From Actinomycetota bacterium (GTDB taxonomy: Bacteria > Actinomycetota > UBA4738 > HRBIN12): DNA of 64,000 nt. Shown here one piece after another: positions 28,715 to 39,809 of this stretch. Both the position numbers and the translations under genes were made by a program. The notes below the pieces were generated by a model. The model was not told the origin of the DNA and did not search any database. It worked only from the letters and a program-made list of their open reading frames with translations. Numbering within the stretch: position 1 is the first letter of the stretch; the number at the start of each line of letters is the position of its first letter. The stretch lies in the NCBI GenBank assembly GCA_035288045.1, contig DATEBA010000023.1, positions 3,356 to 67,355 on the forward strand. The letters run 5' to 3'.

Positions 28715-29455
28715 CTACGAGCGAAACAACACCACGAGCCCGAGGAGGTTGAAGGCCACGTGTGCCGCGAGCGGCGCCAAGAGGTTCCTCCGGCGCTCGT
28801 ATAGGAGGGCGAGCCCGGCGCCCATGACCGCGGTCGCTGCGACCACGACCAGATTGTCGAGCCCACCCTGAGGGGCGTAGTGCACGAGCGCGAACGCCGC
28901 CGTCGAGCCTGCCGCGCCGAGGCCGAAACCGTGCCGATCCCGGATCGCGCGGAAAAGGATTCCCCGGAAGAACAGCTCCTCGGCGATGGGAGCGACAGCG
29001 AGCGCGAAGACGACACCGACTGCGATCGAACCCGCCGACCGGTCGAAGAGGGGCTGTCTCGGTGCCTGCACGTCCTCCTTCGCCACGAAGGTCAGCAGCT
29101 TGCCGAGCGGCCATGCCACGCCGAGCGCAACGACGCCGTAGAGGATGAATCCGAAGACAGCCCCCTCGTGAACCTCATGCCAGGCCCGCTCCGGTCGCCC
29201 GACGGCGTCTCGCCACAGGGGATGCCGCACCCCGAGCCAGGCAACCAGCGCGATCGTCCAGAGCGACTCGACGATCGCGGGCCCGGCCTCCCGAGCAGCT
29301 GCGGACGCGTCGAGACCGGACACTTCGGCTCGGGCAAGCGCTCCCGCCGCATAGCCGGTCAGGAACACGACCAGTGCTTCCCACGGCCGCCACGTGGCGG
29401 TCGCGACCCAAGGTTCGTCGGACCTGGGTGGGAGGACCTTCATTCCGGCGACCAT
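28715..29455 (-). CDS. CPBP-family (CAAX/Abi) intramembrane metalloprotease
   Basis: EELFFRGILF, FALVHY and multiple TM helices. Start is uncertain; M72 of ORF 28715..29668 was chosen to avoid overlap with the divergent lipoprotein. Confidence 0.55.
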   Translation of the reverse strand: MVAGMKVLPPRSDEPWVATATWRPWEALVVFLTGYAAGALARAEVSGLDASAAAREAGPAIVESLWTIALVAWLGVRHPLWRDAVGRPERAWHEVHEGAVFGFILYGVVALGVAWPLGKLLTFVAKEDVQAPRQPLFDRSAGSIAVGVVFALAVAPIAEELFFRGILFRAIRDRHGFGLGAAGSTAAFALVHYAPQGGLDNLVVVAATAVMGAGLALLYERRRNLLAPLAAHVAFNLLGLVVLFRS

Positions 29456-29567
29456 CGATCCGCGGTCACGGCAAGCGGCCCGAGATGCATGTACCCGACG
29501 GTGGGGATCCACCGCGGCGGGTGACGCTTGGAGGGGCACACTGACCGGACCATCACGTCTCATCATC

Positions 29568-30008
29568 ATGACCCTCGTCGCCGCCCTCTCGTGCACCGCG
29601 GGCGAGCCTCCTCGGGAGCCCAGGACGGCATCTCCAAGGGGCGATGCCGGGCTCGCAGAGCCCGCCAACGGGTTCCTGCGGGTCGACGCCGTTCTCGGTT
29701 GCTGCTATACGGAGGGAGGATTCCTCTTCGTCCGCCTCGCCACGGAGGACGGCGATGTCGTGCTCGAGGAATCCGTCCGTTACGTAAGCCGGAGGCGGAT
29801 CGTGGCCCACTCCCTGCCCCCGGGCACCTACTCGCTCGAGACCTACGACCGTGCCTGCCTGGCAGCCTGCCCGCGCCCGTTCCGTGTGGGGGCGCTAGAT
29901 CCCCCCACGAATCGCTGCGGCGCCACGATCGTCGTCCACCCTGCTGGGAGGACGACCGTCGTCGTGGACAAGACGCCCGGGTCCGGGTGTCGAATCACCG
30001 TCGCGTGA
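29568..30008 (+). CDS. hypothetical Cys-rich lipoprotein
   Basis: Internal ATG of ORF 29394..30008. MTLVAALSCTAGEPP gives a signal plus lipobox. Six further Cys (GCCYTEGG, CLAACP, NRCG, GCRITVA). Confidence 0.45.
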   Translation: MTLVAALSCTAGEPPREPRTASPRGDAGLAEPANGFLRVDAVLGCCYTEGGFLFVRLATEDGDVVLEESVRYVSRRRIVAHSLPPGTYSLETYDRACLAACPRPFRVGALDPPTNRCGATIVVHPAGRTTVVVDKTPGSGCRITVA

Positions 30009-30015
30009 GCGGCCG

Positions 30016-31190
30016 GATGGGGCGCGGGATCTCGAGCGCCGAATATCGGACGAGCGCCTCGCGTTCCTCGACAAGCTGAAGGTCGTCCTCATCGCGGCGA
30101 TCATCGCCGCGCACGGCGTCAACAACTACACCGAGTACGGGGGCTGGGCCTACCAGGAGGTGCGTGAGGTCGGCATCTCCGACGCGGCCGACACGGTCTT
30201 CGTAGCGATTGCCGGCGTCGGCAGGTTTCCTCATGGGCCTGTTCTTCTTCATCGCGGGCCTCCTCACGCCTGGGGGCTATCGCGGAAGGGTCCCGGACGC
30301 TTCGTGCGGGACCGGCTCGTTCGCCTGGGCATCCCGCTCGCGGCGTTCACGGTCGTGCTGTGGCCTCTACTGGTCTTCGCCCTCCGCGAACCGATACAGC
30401 ATCTCGGGTCTTACTGGTACCGGTTCACGCACTCGGAGCCGTTCCTCGACAACGGACCGCTGTGGTTCCTCGGAGTGCTCCTGATCTACTCGCTCGCGTA
30501 CGCAGGCAGGTGGCAGTTGCGCTCGACGCGCCTCGAGCCGCTGGACGAGCGAGCGTCTCGGACGATCGGCCCGATGCGCGAGCTCCGCGGCCGGCACCTC
30601 ATCGTCGTCGGAGCCGGCATCGCGGCCGCGACCTTCGTCGTGCGTCTGCAGTTCCCGCTCAACACCCCGCAGGTCGGTAACCTACACATCTGGGAATGGT
30701 CCCAATGCGCGGGGATGTTCGCCCTCGGGACCGCAAGCGCCAGGTGGGGATGGCTCCAACCCATCGACGACCGCCCGCGGCGTGGAGCCGGTGTCATCGC
30801 GCTTGCGGCGGCCCTGTCGCTCGCCGCGCTGATCGTCTCGGCCGACGCGCTCGGCCTCACCGAGGAGCCGTTCCTGGGCGGATGGGGCTGGCCCGCGCTC
30901 GCGCTCGCGGCGATCGACGGTCGCCGTCGCCGCGTCCGTATGGCTCCTTGCGTTCGCTCAACGGCGACTGGATCGACAGGGCCCGTTCGCGAAGGCGCTC
31001 GCGAGGAGCTCCTACGCTGACTTCGTGCTGCAGGGTCCGGTCCTCATCGGACTCGCGCTCCTGCTGCGGACCCTCGACCTGCCCGCTGAGATCAAGGCGG
31101 TCGTTGTTGCCTCGGTGGCGTCGTCGCCTCCTTCGCGCTCGCCCGGCCGCTGGTGACCCGAACGCGTCTCGGTCGGATCCTCTGAGTAGC
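30016..31190 (+). pseudogene. acyltransferase-3 family membrane protein, disrupted by multiple frameshifts
   Basis: Family motifs are split across three reading frames. Frame A: RLAFLDKLKVVLIAAIIAAHG ... RLVRLGIPLAAFTVVLWPLLVFAL. Frame B: FLMGLFFFIAGLLTPGGY. Frame C at the 3' end: SYADFVLQGPVLIGLALLL. No valid start codon lies in frame with the N-terminal motif. Confidence 0.5.
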
Positions 31191-31377
31191 GTTGCTCGTG
31201 TCGGAGGGCGATCCGAACCCTGTGCACACGCATCCTGAGAGGGGAACTCTTGGTGCTCCGATAGCTCACGCCTTCCACGAAGAAAGGGAGCCCACTGAAG
31301 TGGGCTCCCCTCCCTGACCGGCCGCGCTTATGCAGCGCACGGGCACGGTCGGCGAACTACCGGACGGTCTTTGTCTG

Positions 31378-31683
31378 TCAAACCTTCGCGGGTATGCCCT
31401 CGTAGAAGGCGAGGTCGCCTATCTGGTTCGACCGAAGCTCGACCCGATCGTCGATGTTCTCGCGTACCCAGCTCGCGGCCACGGGGACCGACGAATCGGC
31501 GTCCTTGCGTGTCTCCCACAGGCTGAGCGACAGGCATGTCTTGTCACCAAGGTCGGCAAGGCCGTACCGGATGAACCCGGGCTGGTCCCGGAACGTCCGC
31601 AGCATGCCGTCCTGGGCAACGTCGGCGAGCTCCTGAAAGGAGCCCTTCTTGATCTCGTATGTTGCGACGCGCACGTGCTTCAT
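31378..31683 (-). CDS. ABM-domain (antibiotic biosynthesis monooxygenase/Dabb-like) protein
   Basis: Internal start M29 of ORF 31378..31767 with an AAAGGAGAA RBS. MKHVRVATYEIKKGSFQELADVAQ... is a ~100 aa ferredoxin-like fold pattern. Confidence 0.55.
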   Translation of the reverse strand: MKHVRVATYEIKKGSFQELADVAQDGMLRTFRDQPGFIRYGLADLGDKTCLSLSLWETRKDADSSVPVAASWVRENIDDRVELRSNQIGDLAFYEGIPAKV

Positions 31684-32221
31684 GCGTGTTCTCCTTTGCT
31701 CGTCGTGCCCCTGACCAACCGGGGCCAACGTGAGCCAGATTCGAGCGGAACGCGCTCGGGGTATCAAGCCTTCGCTGGAACCAGCGATGGGACTAGATCG
31801 GCGGAGGCGATTCCCCGTGAGTCCCTTCGTCTCCCCTCAGGTACGGGGTATCGCGTCTTTCTCAAGTATACGTCTTTGTCGCGTGGTCACGACGGGGTTC
31901 AGCCGCAGGGCACTTCCGGCCTGGAACACAGTCTACTCAGCCTCGCGGGAGCAGACGGTCTCAACCTAAACCGCCCACTCGAGGTGGTGCTATGCGAGTA
32001 CCACGGCCTTCAAGGGCCTTCGCCCGTCGGGCCGTCACAGAGCGAGCAAAGGGGATCCTCGCGGAGCGGCATCGGTCGACGAGAGGCAGGCGTTCCCGAT
32101 GCTGCGCGAACCAGCACGCGAACGGAATCGCAAGTTCACCGATTGGGTCTGAGCCTCACCCATCAGCCGCGCGACAGGAAGGCGCTGGTCAAAGCGGACT
32201 CGGCGGTGTACGTACGGTTCG

Positions 32222-32307
<86 letters not shown>

Positions 32308-32345
32308 GGCGCAGCACGGGATTCTACCAAGGGGGCTCGCGGACC

Positions 32346-32579
32346 CTACGGGAGCCACTGCCAGGCCAGCCAGAAGGTGCACACGGTGAAGATGACGGCG
32401 GTCGCCACGGTGATCTTGTCCAGACGCCGCTCCAGGGCGGTTCCCCCCGTAAGGGTCCCGCCGCCCCCGAACATGTCCGACAGGCCGCTCCCCTTGCCCG
32501 AGTGGAGAAGGATGAACAGCACGAGGAACAGCGCCGATACGATCTCCAGCACGATCACGATGGTGTTGACGATCCTCAC
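32346..32579 (-). CDS. secG: preprotein translocase subunit SecG
   Basis: 77 aa. Two TM helices flanking GKGSGLSDMFGGGG, the SecG hallmark. Confidence 0.85.
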   Translation of the reverse strand: MRIVNTIVIVLEIVSALFLVLFILLHSGKGSGLSDMFGGGGTLTGGTALERRLDKITVATAVIFTVCTFWLAWQWLP

Positions 32580-32594
32580 GATGGGCTCCGGTCT

Positions 32595-33640
<1,046 letters not shown>

Positions 33641-33644
<4 letters not shown>

Positions 33645-34648
33645 CGGGCGGCCACCTCCTCGCGGAAGATCCGCTCCCTCTCGGCGAAGGTGAGGTGGCA
33701 GGCCGATGCATGGCTCCCCTCGATCGGCAGCAGCTCCGGCGGGTCTGTCCGGCAGACGTCCATCACGTGCGGACACCGCGGGCTGAAGGGGCAGCCCGGC
33801 GGTACGTAGATGAGCGAGGGTGGAAGGCCCTTGATCGGGCGCAGACGTCCTCTGGGCGCGTCCAGGCGCGCGATCGAGCCGAGCAGGCCCCACGTGTAGG
33901 GATGGTGGCTCCGGTAGTAGATGTCGTCGCGCTCGCCTTCCTCGACGATCTTCCCCGCGTACATGACCATGATGTCGTCGCAGTGCTCCGCGACGACCCC
34001 GAGGTCGTGGGTGATTATCACCACCGCCGCGTTGAACTCCTGCTTCAGCCGGTCGATGAGGTCGAGGATCTGAGCCTGCACGGTGACGTCGAGAGCCGTG
34101 GTCGGCTCGTCGGCGATCAGCAGGTCGGGGTTGAGCGCGAGTGACATCGCGATCATGGCCCTCTGCCGCATCCCACCGGAGAACTCGTGCGGGTACTGTC
34201 TCGCCCGCTCTTGCGGCCTGGGGATCCCCACCAGGTCGAGCAGTCCCACGGCCCGCTCCCAGGCGTCCTTCTTGTCGACGTTGCCGTGGGCGTGAAACAC
34301 CTCGGCTACCTGGGCGCCCACACGGTGAACGGGGTTGAGCGCCGTAAGGGGATCCTGGAAGATCATGCAGATCTCCCGGCCGCGGAGCGAGCGCACCTCC
34401 TCCGTTGGGAGCGTCAGTAGATCCTGGCCCCGGAACAGGACCTGACCCTCGATCCTGGCGTCCCGAGATGCGATTAGCCCTAGCACCGTGAGGAAGGTGA
34501 CGCTCTTGCCGGAGCCCGACTCCCCGACCACGCCGAGGGTCTCGCCTGGGGTCACCTTGAAGGAGACCCCGTCGACGGCCTTCACCAGGCCGTCCTCGGT
34601 CGGGAAATGGACCTTCAGGTCCCGGACCTCGAGCAGCGCCTCAGACAT
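33641..34648 (-). CDS. oligopeptide/dipeptide ABC transporter ATP-binding protein (OppD/DppD type)
   Basis: ORF 335 aa. GESGSGKS Walker [10 protein letters not shown]-terminal Cys-containing extension. Confidence 0.85.
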
Positions 34649-35606
34649 TCGCCTCGAGCCGCTGGTGCGGGTCCAGCGCGTCCCTCAGGCCGTCCCCGAG
34701 GAAGTTCACGCACAGGGACGTGACGAGGATCATGAGGCCAGGGAACCACAGCAGCCACGGCGCGGCCGTGATCTGGTTCCGGGCCTCGGAGAGCATGTTG
34801 CCCCACGTGGGGGTAGGAGGCTGAACCCCGAAGCCCAGGAAAGACAGCGCGGACTCCGTGAGGATCGCGGCCGCCACAGCCAGGGTCACTCCCACGATTA
34901 TGGGACCCATGGCGTTCGGGAGTATGTGGCGGAAGATGATCCGACGGTTCGACGCGCCGAGCGACCTGGCGGCCTCAACGAACTCCTTCTCCTTGAGAGA
35001 CAGGAAGAGCCCTCGAACGATGCGCGCCTCCGGCATCCAGAAGAACAGAGTGAGGACGATGACGATGTCCCACGGCGTGGGGACCGCGCCCCGCAGGGCG
35101 ATCGACGCGATCACGAGGGTGACGAGGAACGGGATCGCCAGGAACAGGTCGGTCATCCGCATGAGGAGGTTGTCGATCCACCTCCCGTAGTAGCCAGCCA
35201 GGGCGCCGACGACCGTCCCGATCACGCCCGCGGACACGGCGACGGTGATGCCGACGAGGAGCGAGATCCGCCCACCGTAGAGGACCCGCGTGAACTCGTC
35301 CCGACCCAGCGTGTCCGTCCCCATCAGGTGAGGCAAGTTTGGCGACTGCGTCAGGGCGTCGAGGTTGAGCTGCGCGAACCCGAACGGTGAGATCACTCCT
35401 GCCAGGATCGTCGCGAGGGTGATCACGACCAGGATCCCGGCACACACGATCGCCAGCTTGTGTCGCTTGAACCGGCGCCAGGCGAGCTGGCGCTGGGTCA
35501 TGGTCTGGGTGGCGACCTCCGGGAGCCCCATTGGACCCGTGGCGGCCGGGGCTTCGTCGAGGTCGCCCGCCCGCCCCGGACGTTCCTCGTCCAGGTCGTC
35601 ACGCAT
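34641..35606 (-). CDS. peptide ABC transporter permease (OppC/DppC type)
   Basis: ORF 321 aa. N-terminal extension, then 6 TM helices and the EAA-like loop EAARSLGAS. Confidence 0.8.
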   Translation of the reverse strand: MRDDLDEERPGRAGDLDEAPAATGPMGLPEVATQTMTQRQLAWRRFKRHKLAIVCAGILVVITLATILAGVISPFGFAQLNLDALTQSPNLPHLMGTDTLGRDEFTRVLYGGRISLLVGITVAVSAGVIGTVVGALAGYYGRWIDNLLMRMTDLFLAIPFLVTLVIASIALRGAVPTPWDIVIVLTLFFWMPEARIVRGLFLSLKEKEFVEAARSLGASNRRIIFRHILPNAMGPIIVGVTLAVAAAILTESALSFLGFGVQPPTPTWGNMLSEARNQITAAPWLLWFPGLMILVTSLCVNFLGDGLRDALDPHQRLEANV

Positions 35607-36576
35607 AGCGGATCCTAGGGTCGAGCGCCGCGTACATGATGTCCGCGACGAGGTTGAACAGGATGACGAACGTCACCGTGACCATGACCCACGGCAGAAC
35701 GACGGTGTAGTCGCCGAGATCGATGGCGCTGATGAACAGCCGTCCCATCCCCGGCCAGGAGAAGATCGTCTCGGTGATGATCAGGCCGCCGGCGATGCTG
35801 CCGACGTCCAGGGCCACCTGGGTCGTGAGCGGGATCAGAGCATTCCGCATCCCGTGCCGGACGAGGACCCGGCGTTCCCTCACGCCCTTCGCTCGGGCCG
35901 TCCGGAGGAAGTCCGACTGGAGCACCTCCAGCATGCTGGCCCGCATGTACCGGCTGTACACGGCGATGATCTGCACAGCGAGGACGATGGTGGGGAGCGT
36001 GATGTGCTGCAGCCGGTCGACGATGTCGAACCCCTCTACCCCGGGCGTGCTCATTCCGGTCGTGTAGAAGATGGGTTTCGTCAGCCCGAACCACCTCGTC
36101 AGGTACACGCCAAGGATGAGCTGCAGCATCAGGGCGAACCAGAAGGTCGGCATCGAGAGACCGAGGAAGGCCGCGCCGGTGGCCAGGTAGTCGAAGAAGG
36201 AGTACTGCCGCAGCGCCGAGTAGATCCCGACCCCCACCCCGATCAGCAGCGAGACGCCGACCCCCGCGAGCCCGAGGAGGATCGTGTTCCCGAGCGCCTC
36301 CATCATGTCGGGGTAGACCGGTCGGTTCGTGATGATCGAATTGCCCCAGTCGCCCTGGACGAAGTCGCCGAGCCAGCTCAGGTACTGCACCACGGGAGGT
36401 CTGTCCAGACCCAAGTCGATCCGGAGCTGGACGAGGTCTTCCGGCCGGAACCGGGGGCTCAGAGACACCGCCGCCACCGGGTCGGTGGTCGCCTTGATGA
36501 CGACGAAGACCAGCACGCTCGAGATGAGGAGGACCGGGATCGAGAAGAGCGCCCTGCGAACGACGTATCGCCACAT
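35599..36576 (-). CDS. peptide ABC transporter permease (OppB/DppB type)
   Basis: ORF 325 aa. MWRYVVRRALFSIPVLLISSVLVFVV..., 6 TM helices, binding-protein-dependent permease loop. Confidence 0.85.
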   Translation of the reverse strand: MWRYVVRRALFSIPVLLISSVLVFVVIKATTDPVAAVSLSPRFRPEDLVQLRIDLGLDRPPVVQYLSWLGDFVQGDWGNSIITNRPVYPDMMEALGNTILLGLAGVGVSLLIGVGVGIYSALRQYSFFDYLATGAAFLGLSMPTFWFALMLQLILGVYLTRWFGLTKPIFYTTGMSTPGVEGFDIVDRLQHITLPTIVLAVQIIAVYSRYMRASMLEVLQSDFLRTARAKGVRERRVLVRHGMRNALIPLTTQVALDVGSIAGGLIITETIFSWPGMGRLFISAIDLGDYTVVLPWVMVTVTFVILFNLVADIMYAALDPRIRYA

Positions 36577-36706
36577 TGTTCCTGGTCAGCCCCGATCCCC
36601 GGTTGACCGCATTATAGGAGCACGCACCCAGGTTCGCGGTCAGCCCGATAAGAGGATCCGGCGGGCCCCTCTTCGGCCCGCCGGATCCCTCGATCCGTCT
36701 CCCCGT

Positions 36707-38431
36707 CTACGCCTCGACCGCGTACCAGTCGTACATGTTGAAGTACGGCGAGTAGACATGGGTCGCGTAGAGGTCGAGGGGGCCCCCCACCGTGTCGGCG
36801 CGCCAGATCATCACGCTCGGCAAGAGGTACATGGGCAGGGACACGGCGTCTTCTCGAAGTATCTCCTGGACCTGCGTCGCGAGCTCGATGCGCTTTGCGG
36901 TGTCCACCTCCGCGTCGAGCTCCTTCATGAGCGCGTCGTTCTCCGGGTTGCAGTAGTGGTTCCAGTTGCCGCCCGCGTACTCGTTCTCCTCAGTCGGGAG
37001 GTAGTCACACCCGAACGCGAAGAGGATCGTCCCCGCGGGGGTGCCGGCCGAGGCGTAGTCGCAGACGTGGACCAGACCGCGCGGACAGACCCGGCCGAAG
37101 TAGACCCCGGAGCCGTAGTTCTCGATGTCGAGCTCGAACCCGGCCGGCTTGGCGGCCTCCTTGAAGATCTGCTGCGCCGCCTCACGACGCGTGTTCCCTG
37201 TGTTCGCGGAGATCGTCAGGACGAGCGGCTGCCCGTCCTTCTCGCACGGTGCGTTGGGCACGCCCGAGCAGTCCCAGCCGGCGCCCTCGAGGAGCTCGAT
37301 CGCGTGCGCCGGATCGTAGGTCACGTCCTCGAAGACGGGCTGGCACCAGGGCCCGAGGCCGGGGATGTATTGGGGACAGTTCACGAGCTCGGCGTCCGGG
37401 TTGTTCAGCTTGATGAGGGCATCGAGCACCGCCTGGCGATCTAGTGCGAACAGCAGCGCCTCCCGCACGACAGGATCGTCGAGCGGCGGCTTGTCGTTCG
37501 TGAACCACATCATGTCGTTGTACGGGGTCGTTCCACCGACGGCGGTCACCCCCGGGTCGGCCGCGACCTGGTCGATCAAGCTCACGTCCGACGCCTGCGG
37601 GTTTATCGCCACCACCTCGCGATTGAGGAGGGCGTTGATCTCAGCCGCCTGGTCCTCGATCGGGATCATCGTGACCTGGTCGAGCAGCGGGATCCGGTCC
37701 TCGACCCAGAAACTGTCGTTGCGGACGAGGACTGCCTCCTGCTCGCTCCAGGACTCGAGGATCCAGGGCCCGCCCGAGAACGGGATCTCGTTGACCATGT
37801 CCCCGGAGAGGTCGGGCTTCTCGGGGTCCGCGTCGGGGAAGGCCGCCTTCTCCATCACGAACTCGAAAGCCCCTCCAAAGAGGGCCGGCCAGTCCGCGTA
37901 GGTCGTCTTGAAGTTGAGGACCGCCGTCAGCGGATCGGAGCAGTCGATCGACTCGATCTGGTCGTACCCCACCTTGTAGTACGTCCCCTTGGTGTTGAGG
38001 AACGCCCGCCACGTGAAGTCCCAGTCCTCACACGTGATCGGGGACCCGTCGTCCCACACCGCGTCGGGGTTCAGGTGGTACGTGACCGTGAACGGGTCCT
38101 CGGTCACCCCTCCGTTCTCGACGCTCGGCACTTCGGTCACGAGCGGTCCCACGACGAAGTTGCCATCCAGGTCGATCTCCAGCGCTCGCGGAGTGAGGTG
38201 GTAGCTGACCGACTGCGCGGCCCACGACAGCGAGGCACACGAGGTCACCACGAGGTTGATGCACTTGGGCCACTGTTCCGCGCCCACGACGAGACTGCCG
38301 CCGACCGGACCCTCGGTCCCCGTGGGCTCGGTCGTTTCCGGCGTCGTCGTGTCCGCTTTGCACGCGGCGGCCACCAAGGCAAGTACTGCGGCCAGCGCGA
38401 GGAACCTCCCTAGGAACGTATGTCTCCTCAT
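36707..38431 (-). CDS. ABC transporter substrate-binding lipoprotein, family 5 (peptide/nickel)
   Basis: ORF 574 aa. Signal plus lipobox LVAAAC. Size and placement at the head of the opp-type operon. AAGGAGGAGG RBS upstream. Confidence 0.8.
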   Translation of the reverse strand: MRRHTFLGRFLALAAVLALVAAACKADTTTPETTEPTGTEGPVGGSLVVGAEQWPKCINLVVTSCASLSWAAQSVSYHLTPRALEIDLDGNFVVGPLVTEVPSVENGGVTEDPFTVTYHLNPDAVWDDGSPITCEDWDFTWRAFLNTKGTYYKVGYDQIESIDCSDPLTAVLNFKTTYADWPALFGGAFEFVMEKAAFPDADPEKPDLSGDMVNEIPFSGGPWILESWSEQEAVLVRNDSFWVEDRIPLLDQVTMIPIEDQAAEINALLNREVVAINPQASDVSLIDQVAADPGVTAVGGTTPYNDMMWFTNDKPPLDDPVVREALLFALDRQAVLDALIKLNNPDAELVNCPQYIPGLGPWCQPVFEDVTYDPAHAIELLEGAGWDCSGVPNAPCEKDGQPLVLTISANTGNTRREAAQQIFKEAAKPAGFELDIENYGSGVYFGRVCPRGLVHVCDYASAGTPAGTILFAFGCDYLPTEENEYAGGNWNHYCNPENDALMKELDAEVDTAKRIELATQVQEILREDAVSLPMYLLPSVMIWRADTVGGPLDLYATHVYSPYFNMYDWYAVEA

Positions 38432-38468
38432 ACCCGTCCTCCTCCTTGCAGCGACGAGCGAAGCTTAT

Positions 38469-38487
38469 CCGGGGCCCGAGCCCCCGG
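38469..38487 (-). terminator. GC-rich hairpin downstream of apgM (candidate intrinsic terminator)
   Basis: Minus strand CCGGGG-GCUCGGG-CCCCGG, a 6-bp GC stem, about 55 nt after the apgM stop and before the binding-protein RBS. No U-tract. Confidence 0.25.
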
Positions 38488-38541
38488 GCAAACGCCCCAC
38501 ATGGCTTTACGCAGGAGCCGGGCGGCGCGGCTTGACCGGCC

Positions 38542-39804
38542 TCAGCCGGCCAGGATCCTCGTCACGCGTGGCAGGATCTGGGCGCCCCTGAGCTTGCCCA
38601 GCGAGCCCGACGCGCACACTCGCTCACCGAACGTTCCCGAGCCGTCCGCACCGACCCCGGCGCCGCTCACCAGGAGGGGAACGGGGTCGGCGGTGTGGGC
38701 CCTTCGGACGCACGAGGTGGCGTGGTCGGCCGTCACGGCCATGACCGTGCGCCGCGGATCTACGAGGGGCAGCACCTCACCGAAGAACGCGCGGTCGATC
38801 AGGGCGATGGCGTCGCGCTTGTCCTCGGCGCGGCCGTCGTGGGCGGGGACGTCGGGGCCCTTGATGTGCACGTAGACAGCGTCGAAGCCGTCCAGAGCCT
38901 CCGCCGCCAGGAGCGCCCACGCTGCGTAGTCCGCCTCGGCCGCGAGGCGCGGGGCCTCCACCGTCGCCATCCCCAGCAGCATCGCGATGCCTCTCTCCAC
39001 CGGCATCTCCACGAAGCACCCCCAGCTCGGCCCGAAGCGCTCTCGGATCGGCTCGAGAGCGGGAAGTCTGCTGCCGCCGTCGCGCGTGAGCACGAGGTTG
39101 GCGGGGAGCCGGCCCGCGCGACGCCTGGCCGTGTTGATCTCGGAGGCGTCCAGGATCCGCGCGGACCCTTCGACGAACGCGTTCGTCAGGTCCGCGGCAC
39201 GTCGGGCCTCCTGCGTGTCCTCGAGCGGCTCGCAGCGCGCGACCTCGCTCTCGAAGGTCTCGAGCGCCACTCCGAGGTGTCCCTCCTTGCGATACGCGGG
39301 GTCGGTGTTGCTCACCTCGCCCGAGAGCGCGCCCTCGTCGGCACGGATCACGAGCGCGCCACGGTGCTCGACGGTCGCGCGGAGCGCGAAGCCCGCGCCG
39401 GGAAGCGCAAGCTCATCGTTCACCTCGGCAGCGAGGACCGTGGCCTCATCCGACGACAGGTCGCGGCCGACCCGGCGGTCGATGATCCTCGGCCAATCCG
39501 CGGTGGCGAAGTTGATCCGGAAGGCGAGGTCGCCGTCGCCGAACTCCATCCCCGAGCCGACCGCCTCCAAGACACCCCGCCCGGGATGCTCCTCCGAAGG
39601 GTCGTAGCCGAGGATCCCGAAGACGCCGACGTCCGACTCCGGGGCTATGCCCGGACCGGCGGTGACCACCGTCCCCGTCGCGCCGCGCTCGGCCAGCCCG
39701 TCCAGGAAGGGGGTCTCCGCCGCCTCGAGCGGCGTGAGACCGTCGAGCTCGGGGATCGGGTCGTCGCCGAGCCCATCGAGACAGACGTAGAGGAGGCTGT
39801 TCAC
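38542..39804 (-). CDS. apgM: cofactor-independent phosphoglycerate mutase, archaeal/ApgM type (alkaline-phosphatase superfamily)
   Basis: GTG start V129 of ORF 38542..40188. VNSLLYVCLDGLGD...TPFLDGLA...GSD...HIKGPDVPAHDG...TADHATS are metalloenzyme-superfamily motifs. Directly follows tpiA. Confidence 0.7.
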   Translation of the reverse strand: MNSLLYVCLDGLGDDPIPELDGLTPLEAAETPFLDGLAERGATGTVVTAGPGIAPESDVGVFGILGYDPSEEHPGRGVLEAVGSGMEFGDGDLAFRINFATADWPRIIDRRVGRDLSSDEATVLAAEVNDELALPGAGFALRATVEHRGALVIRADEGALSGEVSNTDPAYRKEGHLGVALETFESEVARCEPLEDTQEARRAADLTNAFVEGSARILDASEINTARRRAGRLPANLVLTRDGGSRLPALEPIRERFGPSWGCFVEMPVERGIAMLLGMATVEAPRLAAEADYAAWALLAAEALDGFDAVYVHIKGPDVPAHDGRAEDKRDAIALIDRAFFGEVLPLVDPRRTVMAVTADHATSCVRRAHTADPVPLLVSGAGVGADGSGTFGERVCASGSLGKLRGAQILPRVTRILAG

Positions 39805-39809
39805 GCGCC

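Noticed and set aside
31700-32221. RNase P RNA or tmRNA in the noncoding stretch next to tRNA-Leu
   Set aside because: Compared from memory against the conserved P4 strands (GGAAAGUCCGG / ACAGAAnCCGGCUUA) and against the tmRNA tRNA-like 3' end. Neither strand matches, beyond a weak CACAGAGCGAGCAAA similarity.
38420-38875. Plus-strand 151-aa ORF overlapping the apgM 3' end and the intergenic hairpin
   Set aside because: Arg/Ala/Pro-rich with no motif. It overlaps a well-supported minus-strand gene.
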